A stretch of DNA of 61,362 nt, filler included. It is 8 parts of 8 records of this genome, joined end to end, with 100 filler letters (N's around TTAATTAATTAA, not from the genome) between each part and the next. Parts side by side here need not be neighbours in the genome. Positions count along the whole stretch, not along the records: positions 29,869 to 34,946 come from SRR31147125_23203; positions 35,047 to 40,792 come from SRR31147125_23214; 6 more parts are not named here. The stretch is one strand, 5' to 3'. The notes under the pieces were generated by a model. That model was not told where the DNA came from, searched no databases, and saw only the letters and a program-made list of their open reading frames with translations. A program made the translations under genes and the position numbers. Shown piece after piece: positions 29,769-38,735 of this stretch; position 1 is the stretch's first letter; each line of letters opens with the position of its first letter.

Positions 29769-29868
29769 NNNNNNNNNNNNNNNNNNNNNNNNNNNNNNNN
29801 NNNNNNNNNNNNTTAATTAATTAANNNNNNNNNNNNNNNNNNNNNNNNNNNNNNNNNNNNNNNNNNNN
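29769..29868. other. Artificial contig spacer
   Basis: N44-TTAATTAATTAA-N44. Confidence 0.99.
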
Positions 29869-31331
29869 TTTTTGATATATTAGAAGACATCAGAAAAAAA
29901 TCTATGGTGCTTGCTAAAACAGAATTTTTGCATTACTGTGTTTACAAGATTGGATTTCAAGAATTTTTGCCAGCAACCGATGTGGTTAGTTTTGATCTGT
30001 TGCTTTCGTATGTTTCTAAGCTGAGTCAACAAACGGCTAAAACAGCAGGGCTTTATAGGATAGTAGAATTTATTTTAGATAGTGAAAAAACTGGGCATCA
30101 TATTGAGCTTTCTGCTATAAACAACAGCAAAAATTCGGTTAAGATTATGACAATACATAGCTCTAAAGGGTTGGAGTTTCCCATAGTTATTATGGGTGGT
30201 TTGGATAAAAAGCTTACGATTGCAAACAGAAGAGCTATGAATATAGATAAAACCTTGGGGATTGGACTTAAGCTAATAAATCCTGAAAAAAACTTATCCA
30301 AGAACGGAATAATATTAAGTGCAATAAATATGCAAAGAGCTAAAAAGGATATACAAGAAGCTGTTAGAATTATGTATGTTGCTATGACAAGGGCAGAAGG
30401 GTCATTATACTTTGTTGGAGCTAATAAAGCATTGAAAAACAATATATATATTTGGCTAACATCAGGAAAACACAGGATGGCAATGACGGATTCTTTTATT
30501 GACTTTATTGCGCCATCTTTGATTTCAAAATCTAGGTTTATTGAAAGCTTTGAAATTTCATGCTTTATGCCAAATACAATAAAAAAACATGAGGATATTG
30601 AAGTAAGGTTTTTAGAAAAATCTACAGCCAGAAAAGAGATGATTAGAAATAATGCATCTGTTTTTAACGAATTTTTAGCTACTGAAGCGCACAATGTTAA
30701 TATTGGATATAATTACGAGTACGAAAACAATAAAAACATACCGTCTAAAAAATCTGTTTCGGATGTTATAAAAATGGATGGAGATGAAAATGGTGATACA
30801 AAAAATATTCTACAGCTAGTGGACGAGCATAAGGATATAAAGCAAGCGAGCTTAGCGGGAACTGCTTTTCATAAATTTATGCAGCATGTGCCTTTTGATA
30901 AAACAGATTTACAAGGATTAACCCAAAAAAGGGATAGGATGATTGAAAATCATATTTTAAAAGCTGATATCGCAAAAGAAATTCCACTTGATAGAGCTTT
31001 AATAATGCTAAACTCCGATCTGTTTGATAGGATTAGATCTTCCAAGCAAGTTTATAGAGAAAAGAACTTTACAATTAAAATAGACTCTGGTGAGCTTTTT
31101 TACAACAAAGGTGAGATGATTGTTGTTCAGGGTACAATTGATTGTTGTTTTTTAGAGGATGATGAATTTGTTCTTGTTGATTATAAGACAGATAGAAAAA
31201 TAACGCCTGAAAAAATTAAAAAGTACACAAATCAGCTAAATTACTACAGTTTAGCACTTGAGAATTTAACAGAAAAAAGAGTAAAGCAGAGAATTATATA
31301 TTTTGTTTACAGTGGATATCATATAGTTTAG
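29869..31331 (+). CDS. addA: Helicase/nuclease AddA, C-terminal part; 5' end truncated
   Basis: MTIHSSKGLEFP and YVAMTRA (UvrD motifs); GTAFH, QGTID, VDYKTD and QLNYY (RecB-type nuclease). The frame is open to the contig edge. Confidence 0.9.
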
Positions 31332-31395
31332 ACAAAACATACATTTTTCGGACAAGGATTATTTTGTTTTTCCCACAATATGACAAAGTTCGTTA

Positions 31396-31425
31396 TTGCT
31401 GTAAAATAACCATATATGGTATAAT
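31396..31425 (+). promoter_or_regulatory. Possible sigmaA promoter for spo0A
   Basis: TTGCTG-N18-TATAAT with an extended -10 (TGGTATAAT); the AT-rich background weakens the call. Confidence 0.4.
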
Positions 31426-31566
31426 TTATATATAATTATAACAAAATGTTGAATTTGAATTTTGGAAGTATAGTGCAAAAAAAACAAAACAGTATTATTA
31501 ACAGCCCTGAATTTACCTTTTATTCTATCCTTTCAAAAATATAAAATATTAAAAGAGGTGTTGTAA

Positions 31567-32337
31567 GTGAAACAGGAGCTAAAGTTACTGATTGTAGAAG
31601 ACAACAAAGCCTTGTCTCTTTCTATCAGAGATCACTTTGAAAAGAAAGAAAAGGTTAGAGTTGTAGATGTTGCAGAGAACGGTTTGATTGGTGAGGAGAT
31701 GATAAAACTACATAAGCCAGATGTGGTTTTATTGGATATCATTATGCCTCAGTCCGACGGTTTTTCCTTGCTTGAAAAGATTAATGCTATGGACCTGGAC
31801 GTAAAACCGCATGTCATTGCACTTTCTGCTCTTAGTAATGAAAACATTATTCGTCAAGCTTGCGAACTAGGCGCAAGATATTATATGGTGAAACCTTTCA
31901 ATATGGATATTCTATATAAAAGGGTTTTAGATTTATTTAGCATGAGACATATAAAAGTTGCACAACCATTACCACAGGTTAGGAGTAAATCTTTAGATGA
32001 AAAGATAACGACAATTTTTTTGACAGTTGGTATACCAGCTCATATAAAGGGTTATCAATTTTTGAGAGAAGCTATAAAGCTTGTAGTTAAAAAACCAGAT
32101 ACTATAAACAGCATTACTAAAAGACTTTATCCAGGAATAGCTGAGATATATCAAACATCGCCATCAAAGGTTGAAAGAGCCATTAGACATGCAATAGAAG
32201 TTGCGTGGACAAGGGGTAAGATTGAAAATATTAATGGAATATTTGGGTATAATATTTATACAAAGAACGACAAACCGACAAATGGAGAATTTATTGCATT
32301 GGTTTCTGATAAATTAATTATGGAAGAATCGGCGTAA
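31567..32337 (+). CDS. spo0A: Sporulation master regulator Spo0A
   Basis: Receiver domain plus GIPAHIKGYQFLREA, ITKRLYP, SKVERAIRHAIEVAW and KPTNGEFIA; GTG start after GAGGTG. Confidence 0.97.
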   Translation: MKQELKLLIVEDNKALSLSIRDHFEKKEKVRVVDVAENGLIGEEMIKLHKPDVVLLDIIMPQSDGFSLLEKINAMDLDVKPHVIALSALSNENIIRQACELGARYYMVKPFNMDILYKRVLDLFSMRHIKVAQPLPQVRSKSLDEKITTIFLTVGIPAHIKGYQFLREAIKLVVKKPDTINSITKRLYPGIAEIYQTSPSKVERAIRHAIEVAWTRGKIENINGIFGYNIYTKNDKPTNGEFIALVSDKLIMEESA

Positions 32338-32420
32338 GACTTTTGTTTTTTAGAAATAACTTGCCATAACATAGAAAATAATTAGATTGTTAGATGCTCC
32401 CATCCCCCCTTATAAACTTA

Positions 32421-32469
32421 TCCTATGCGGATAGATTCGTTGCTAGTAATGAATCTATTCACATAGGGA
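32421..32469. repeat. Long imperfect inverted repeat (about 21-bp stem)
   Basis: CCTATGcGGATAGATTCGTTG-ctag-TAATGAATCTATTCaCATAGG pairs with G-U wobbles and one mismatch. Confidence 0.7.
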
Positions 32470-32655
32470 AATAAATTATTATATTCACCTACACAATTTT
32501 AGATAAATTAAACTCAATAAAAGCATAAAATCTTCAGTAAAAGGGAATAATAAGCAAGAAATAGTCATGCAAATCTGATGCTTTTTTTGTTTTTAACACG
32601 TTAAATCGTTTGTAAATATATTTGATTTGTAAATAAATTTGTGCGAGAAAAACCT

Positions 32656-32892
32656 ATGAATAGAGAAACCCTAGAGAAAATAAGAAAAACTATATTGGAA
32701 AAAAAGGGCGAGAACATTAATTTAAAAGCAATGTATGGTAGACGCGGTAAGCTTGTATGTCAAGGAGTTGTAGATGGGGTGTACCCTGAAATATTTACTG
32801 TTTTAGTTGAGAAAGATGATTATGTAAGAAAATATTGCTATACATATTCGGAAGTTTTAACAAATAACGTTGAAATAACTTCGATCATATAA
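32656..32892 (+). CDS. veg: Veg family protein
   Basis: GRR...GVVDGVYPEIFTV...YTYSEVLT. Start is ATG 32656 or GTG 32641. Confidence 0.85.
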   Translation: MNRETLEKIRKTILEKKGENINLKAMYGRRGKLVCQGVVDGVYPEIFTVLVEKDDYVRKYCYTYSEVLTNNVEITSII

Positions 32893-32893
32893 A

Positions 32894-33787
32894 TCAAGCA
32901 TCAGTTTTTGGTCCGCTCACTACATTTCCGTTTTCTGGGTCTGTAAACATAATCCAATATCCGCTAGCATATGGCGCGTCACAAACATAGTATCGGCTAA
33001 AACCATCAAGCCATGTTGGTGGTGTCATAGAATATTCGCCTGGCACTGCTATTGCTTTGTATACCAAATTGTTGTCCTTGAATATTTTACCTGAAAGATA
33101 ATGCCAATATCCGCTATTACCATGAAATTCTGTTTTAATCCATTCGGAGTTTGGAAAAGTATTTGTAAATGGATTGATTGTTTGTTTTGTTGGAGATTTT
33201 ATTTGCTTATCTTCCTTAGAGTTTGGCGGATTAGAAATACCATTAAAGTTATTCATCATGCTTGAAGCTTTGGAAAAAGTCTTCATTATGTCGGATAAAT
33301 CTTGAGTTTGGTTAGGGTTATTGATTTTTTCTTGTTTTTTTGAATCTTGCTTTTTTTGGTTATAATTATTTTTTGTTTTTTTACTGTCAGTTTCGTGCAT
33401 TTTGGATTTGCTTTTTGTCTGCTGTTTTTTCTTACTAAACGTTTTAAATCTATATACCTCAAAGTTTTTTATAATAGCCTGCTGTTTCTCCATTTGAAGA
33501 TACTCTAAACTACAGTTATCTTCTTTTTCTAAGATTATTGCAAAACAAAATACTCTATCAAAGCTGGATTTATCAATGGCCAAAGTACTGCTTATTTCCT
33601 TTTTAAAAACAACACTACCCTGTTTTTCGAACCCTAATAAAAACAAACTCTGTCTAACTTCTTTACCGTTAATGGTGATCTCTATATTTACATATCCGTC
33701 ATTATTATCTAAAGCCTTGATAGTTATAAACTTGCATCTATCGCTGTATGATTTTAAAATATAGTATTTTCTATAATATCTTTGCAT
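32894..33787 (-). CDS. Hypothetical protein with a K/Q/N-rich linker and a conserved-looking C-terminal domain
   Basis: 297-aa ORF with RBS AAAGGA; C-terminus NPF..FP.SEW...HYLSG...AVPG...GYW resembles clostridial hypothetical proteins. Confidence 0.7.
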   Translation of the reverse strand: MQRYYRKYYILKSYSDRCKFITIKALDNNDGYVNIEITINGKEVRQSLFLLGFEKQGSVVFKKEISSTLAIDKSSFDRVFCFAIILEKEDNCSLEYLQMEKQQAIIKNFEVYRFKTFSKKKQQTKSKSKMHETDSKKTKNNYNQKKQDSKKQEKINNPNQTQDLSDIMKTFSKASSMMNNFNGISNPPNSKEDKQIKSPTKQTINPFTNTFPNSEWIKTEFHGNSGYWHYLSGKIFKDNNLVYKAIAVPGEYSMTPPTWLDGFSRYYVCDAPYASGYWIMFTDPENGNVVSGPKTDA

Positions 33788-34013
33788 TTTATATTTGTTC
33801 CTTTAAAATTTTTTATTCTATTTTAATGACTAATTTTATATAAACTATTTATAATTAATATATATTTATTTTTTTAAAGGAAAATAACAGATTTAACAAT
33901 ACAATTTTAAATAATATGTAGAAATATATAAAAACGTTTATATATATAGGGTTACTTATTTAACAATACTATGTTAGAATATTATGAAAAAATATGTATA
34001 AAGGAAAGTATAA

Positions 34014-34946
34014 ATGAAGAAATTTTTATATGATAATTACTTAAATGATGAATTTTATAGATTAAATAGGCTAAGCGTTTCTTTTATTAAAGAGATGGAT
34101 ATGGGGCTTATGAAGCAAGGAAGTTCATCTTTGCTTATGCTACCTTCTTTTGCGATGGTGGATTCTGATATTACACTAAATAAGAAAATAATAGTTATTG
34201 ATGCTGGAGGAACAAACCTTAGGATTGGACTGGTTTGGTTTGATAGCCACGGCGAGTATAATGTATCTGACTTTAAAAAGCAAGCTATGTTTGGAACAGA
34301 CAAGACACTTGATAAGGATGAGTTTTTTGAAAGCTTTGCGCAACTTTTATTACCATATTTAGAGCAAACAGAATTGGTATGTTTATCTTTTGCGTATCCT
34401 ACTATGATAACAGAGGACATGGACGGAAAGATAATTAAGCTTGTAAAAGAACTAAAGGTAACGGGCGTTGATGGCTGTCTTATTGGAGATGAGATTTGTA
34501 AAAAGCTAAAAAACCATGGAAAAGAAGCAAAAATAATGGTGACTAACGATACAACCGCAACAGCTTTTGCAGGGATTGCTCAAACAATGAATGAAGATTT
34601 TGATGCTCATATTGGGGTTATAATTGGAACTGGTATGAACACGTGTTATCCTGAAAAATATCATAATATCAAAAAACTTGGTGACCAAGCATGTGACAAA
34701 AGAATGATGATAAACGTTGAATCAGGTAACTTTGATAAGGTTTTAAGATCAAAGGTCGATATTTCTTACGACGAAAGCACAATAGACCCTAATTATCATG
34801 TTTTAGAAAAGATGGTTTCTGGTGGGTATCTTGGTGGTATTAGTGCAGAATATATAAAGTACGCTTGCGAAGAAAAGTTATTTGGCGAAGATGCAGTAAA
34901 AAAACTGAAGGATATTGAAATTGCTTCTTTCGACGTTTCGGATTTT
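34014..34946 (+). CDS. Hexokinase (Hexokinase_1/2 family, eukaryote-like); 3' end truncated
   Basis: SSLLMLPS, IDAGGTNLR, SFAYP, NDT, IIGTGMN, INVESG and EKMVSGGYLG. Confidence 0.9.
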
Positions 34947-35046
34947 NNNNNNNNNNNNNNNNNNNNNNNNNNNNNNNNNNNNNNNNNNNNTTAATTAATT
35001 AANNNNNNNNNNNNNNNNNNNNNNNNNNNNNNNNNNNNNNNNNNNN
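34947..35046. other. Artificial contig spacer
   Basis: N44-TTAATTAATTAA-N44. Confidence 0.99.
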
Positions 35047-35282
35047 TTTTATCATATGAGCATCGTAAACCCTAATATAATCGTTGAATTTCCCACCCCT
35101 CTTTTTCAGCTCATAATTAAGAACTTCAACAAACAATCCACTTGGCGCCGTCATGAAACACAATGGGGTTGTTTTTAAAAAATTCCCACTTTCAACGGCG
35201 AATCCGACCAAGCGGTCATAGGGAACATGGAACAAATAAAAATGGAACGCATTCTCCGAATGAGCTTTTTCTTGTTCAACAT
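35047..35282 (-). pseudogene. Degraded N-terminus of a solute-binding (family 3-like) domain gene
   Basis: MLNKKKLIRRMRSIFICSMFPMTAWSDSPLKVGIF*, then in other frames PLCF...PSGLFVEVLNY.LKKR and GWEI. This resembles the LKVG...P...GLFVE.L....GWEI pattern broken by a stop and frameshifts. Confidence 0.35.
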
Positions 35283-35509
35283 ATACTTACCACTATATCA
35301 TTTCTTGTCTTGTTCCGAATCGAGCCTGAAAAGGCAACTCAAAAAGGTATACGGAGTTTCCCTGTCTGAAAAGACTTGTATCCATTTAAAAGCTTAACGA
35401 TACCCCAATTATTGATTAAAATCAAATTGGCGTTGCAATTGTACAAGATCTTTTTCATACTTCCTTTTGAAAAATGAAATTTTCAATAAGAATTTACGGC
35501 ACACCATAT

Positions 35510-35642
35510 TGATTCACAATCGAAATAAAACATTTAAGTATATATATTTAAAAGATAAAGAGAATATCAATTCGATTCAAAATCGATTCAAGTCAATCCA
35601 CGTATCTTTTCCCACTCTTATGTTCGAATCAAATGCGAATCA
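35510..35642 (+). promoter_or_regulatory. Three imperfect 18-bp palindromes, likely enhancer (UAS) sites for a sigma54 activator
   Basis: TGATTCacaatcGAAATA (35510), CGATTCaaaatcGATTCA (35573) and CGAATCaaatgcGAATCA (35625); consensus TGATTC-N6-GAATCA. Confidence 0.6.
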
Positions 35643-35738
35643 TTCTATAGTATCAAATAACACGCTATGCAATTCACAATTAAATTAAACCTTGAAATTA
35701 TTAATCAATTCATCACCCAAAGGAGCACCCGAAAGCAA

Positions 35739-35755
35739 TTGGCATAAAAATTGCT
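35739..35755 (+). promoter_or_regulatory. Sigma54 -24/-12 promoter
   Basis: TTGGCATAAAAATTGCT with exact GG-N10-GC spacing, about 85 nt before the ATG. Confidence 0.8.
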
Positions 35756-35840
35756 TAACACTGACAAATTATAACGAAATAAAAATCATTATCATATCGG
35801 AGAACGTTTTTGACTATAAGGGACTCAAAGTGAGGACGTT

Positions 35841-36644
35841 ATGATCGTTGTTGGAGAACTCATAAATGCCAGTCGAAAAGCCATTTCAGAAGCGATTCTG
35901 GCAGAAGACAAAGAGAGTATCCAAAAAATTGCCATGGATCAGGAAGCTGCCGGTGCAGATTATATTGATGTCAATGCCGGTATTTTTGTAAATGAAGAGG
36001 TCAACTACCTTAGATGGCTGGTGACCATCGTTCAGGAAGCGGTTTCCATTCCTTGTTGCATCGACAGCCCCAATCCCAAAGCCATTGAAGGGGCTTTGGA
36101 AGTGCACAAAGGGGATCATCCCGCCATGATCAACTTCATCTCCATGGAGTCAGATCGATATGAAGCGCTGCTGCCGATCATCGCCAACACCGATCTTAAA
36201 GTGGTTGCGCTTTGCATGAGCGATGGCGGTATGCCGGAAACCACTGAAGATCGCGTAAAAATTGCGTCCGATCTGATCAACGGCCTTGAAAAGAACAATG
36301 TCCCCAGAGAAAATATCCATGTCGATCCTCTGGTTCAGCCCATCTCTACCAATCAAATGTTCGGTATGGAATTCATCAACTCCGTAGAAGCCATCATCGA
36401 TGGGTTTGCCGGGGTTCACACCATGTGCGGGCTTTCCAACATCTCCTTCGGGCTTCCCAATCGTCCCTATCTTAACCAGATGTTCGCCGTGATGGCCATT
36501 GCAAGAGGGCTTGACGGACTGATCATCAATCCGCTGGATAAAAGAATGATGGCCAACCTCATTGCTGCTGAAGCGTTGGCAGGGCGCGATCTCTACTGCG
36601 GAAACTATCTCAAGGCATTTCGAGAAGATAAGTTTAATTTGTAA
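35841..36644 (+). CDS. Methyltetrahydrofolate:corrinoid methyltransferase (pterin-binding, AcsE/MtqA-like)
   Basis: VGELINASR, GADYIDVNAG, IDS, VDPLV, GLSNISFGLPNR and GLDGLIINP. Confidence 0.92.
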   Translation: MIVVGELINASRKAISEAILAEDKESIQKIAMDQEAAGADYIDVNAGIFVNEEVNYLRWLVTIVQEAVSIPCCIDSPNPKAIEGALEVHKGDHPAMINFISMESDRYEALLPIIANTDLKVVALCMSDGGMPETTEDRVKIASDLINGLEKNNVPRENIHVDPLVQPISTNQMFGMEFINSVEAIIDGFAGVHTMCGLSNISFGLPNRPYLNQMFAVMAIARGLDGLIINPLDKRMMANLIAAEALAGRDLYCGNYLKAFREDKFNL

Positions 36645-36828
36645 GGCGGTGATGACGGTTTTTCCACAAATACAACATATTTGAACAGAATTACATTTCG
36701 CCAAATTGTATAGAATACGAAAGCACAAGAGATAATTGTAGGAAACATATAACAGTCAGACCCCACTACTATCATCAGGTGTTACAACGATATCCATCGT
36801 TACCGACACCCCAAAAAGGAGAAAAATC

Positions 36829-38070
36829 ATGACAACCAATCAGGAACTTCAGGAACTTCGTACCAAGGTCATCCCCAACGGCCATGCCAGCGGCACCAAC
36901 TGCTACATTGAGTCTGCCAAGGGAAGTATTCTCAAAGATGTGGAAGGCAACGAGTATATCGACTTTGCCGGTGGTATTGCAGTAATGAACGTCGGACACA
37001 GCCACCCCAAAGTGGTTGCAGCGGTTAAAGAGCAGGCTGAAAAATTCATGCACACCTGTTTCATGGTGAACCCCTACGACACTGCGGTAAAACTTGCCGA
37101 CAAATTGTGCAACGCGCTTCCCGGAGATACCCCCAAAAAAGCACTTTTCATCAACAGTGGTGCAGAAGCGGTTGAAAATGCAGTCAAGATCGCCCGTTAC
37201 TACACCGGGCGTCAGGGCATCGTGGTTTTTGACAATGCTTATCATGGTCGTACCAACCTCACCATGGCCATGACCGCCAAAGTAAAACCCTACAAATGGA
37301 AAATGGGACCGTTTGCACCTGAGATTTACCGCGCCCCCTTCGGCGATATCGAAGCACTGAAGGCGTTCTTCATCACCGGTATCGATCCTGAAAGCGTCGC
37401 AGCCATCGTTGCCGAGCCGGTTCAGGGAGAAGGCGGATTCATCGCACCTCCGGAAGGGTACTTCCAGGAAGTGGCCGCCCTTTGTAAAGCGCACGGTATC
37501 CTTTTCATCGCCGACGAGATTCAGAGTGGAATGGGTCGTACCGGTAAAATGTTCGCCATGGAGCACTGGAACGTAGAAGCGGATATTACAACGGTTGCAA
37601 AGAGTTTGGCTGCCGGAACGCCTCTAAGTGCGGTTGTCGGTAAAGCCGAAATCATGGATTGCGTCCATCCGGGTGGTGTTGGCGGAACTTATGGTGCGAA
37701 TCCCCTGGCTTGCGCTGCCGGTCTTGCCGTCATGGAGATCTTCGAGACGGAAAACATCCTGGAGCAATCCGTAAAACTGGGCGACACCTTGCTTGAGCGG
37801 TTCAAACTGTGGCAGACTAAATTCAGCAGTGCCGGTGAAATCAGAGGGCTTGGTGCCATGCTGGGTCTGACCATTGTCGATAAAGATGGGAAACCCGATG
37901 CCGATGCTGCCAAAAAGCTTGCTGCCGTCTGCTTCGAAAAAGGTCTTGTGATTCTGGTTTGCGGTATCCACGGAAATGTTATCCGTGTGCTGATGCCGCT
38001 GACCATTGAAGAGAACGTTCTGGAAAAGGGCCTCTCCATCATGGAAGAGGGGCTGGCTTCCCTGGGATAA
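36829..38070 (+). CDS. gabT: 4-aminobutyrate aminotransferase family (class III PLP enzyme)
   Basis: DFAGGIAVMNVGHSHP, SGAEAVENAVK, YHGRT, EPVQGEGG, DEIQSGMGRTG, AKSL and GGTY. Confidence 0.9.
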   Translation: MTTNQELQELRTKVIPNGHASGTNCYIESAKGSILKDVEGNEYIDFAGGIAVMNVGHSHPKVVAAVKEQAEKFMHTCFMVNPYDTAVKLADKLCNALPGDTPKKALFINSGAEAVENAVKIARYYTGRQGIVVFDNAYHGRTNLTMAMTAKVKPYKWKMGPFAPEIYRAPFGDIEALKAFFITGIDPESVAAIVAEPVQGEGGFIAPPEGYFQEVAALCKAHGILFIADEIQSGMGRTGKMFAMEHWNVEADITTVAKSLAAGTPLSAVVGKAEIMDCVHPGGVGGTYGANPLACAAGLAVMEIFETENILEQSVKLGDTLLERFKLWQTKFSSAGEIRGLGAMLGLTIVDKDGKPDADAAKKLAAVCFEKGLVILVCGIHGNVIRVLMPLTIEENVLEKGLSIMEEGLASLG

Positions 38071-38278
38071 ATTAAAGCCGTCCGGCTTTCCCCCGATTCA
38101 CCCTTGGCTGTCTGTGTTATCCCTGATTGTCAGTGATCATCCCTGACGGTCCGTATGATACCCGACGGAAGGTATAGTATACACTCCACAGACAGCCACA
38201 AGTCACAACACAAAAATGGAAAACAACGTCATCCCCTCGTAGGCTCCCAACATCCCCGAGCATTGCGAGGCAATCTAA

Positions 38279-38560
38279 TTGGGCATGGGCCGTGATGTGG
38301 AGACCGACACCCTCGTCGAAAAAGCGGTTGAGGAAGATGGGGATGTCATTGAAACCAGCGCCCTTCCCCCCACTGCCATGAATCAGAAGAAAGTACTTGG
38401 GGAAGCACTGAAAAGTACCGGACACAAAGACAAATTCCTCACCGTTGTTGGCGGGGCTCCCTGTACTCCCGGATGGGCCGCCAGAATCGGTGCCGGTGCC
38501 TATGCTGAAGATGCTCAGGACGGCGTTGTCAAAATTAAGAAGTTGTGGGCTCAAAAATAA
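38279..38560 (+). pseudogene. C-terminal remnant of a cobalamin-binding (corrinoid) protein
   Basis: MGRDV, SAL, VVGGAP and WAARIGA.AYAEDA. The DxHxxG motif and the N-terminal cap are missing, and SALMTTT is degraded to SALPPTA. Confidence 0.65.
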
Positions 38561-38735
38561 TTTTTCACCGCCCCAGAAAAAAATTTTGTTTCATCTGGTT
38601 TTCCGGTTAAAAACCGGATCCCGGCAAGCCTATCTCCTCTGCCCACCTATTTTGGGTGTCATCTGATGAGCTGGGCTTCAGTGGCTTCAAAGGGGCTTTT
38701 CCAAAATCTAATTGCGAAGCGAAGGAGAAAAAGAG

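Noticed and set aside
36775-37566. 263-aa minus-strand ORF
   Set aside because: It is antisense to gabT; such shadow ORFs are common opposite conserved GC-rich genes and it has no motifs.
35841-38560. Pyrrolysine or selenocysteine readthrough in the methyltransferase cluster
   Set aside because: No in-frame TAG/TGA joins two homologous halves; the genes end in TAA and no MttB/MtmB gene is present.
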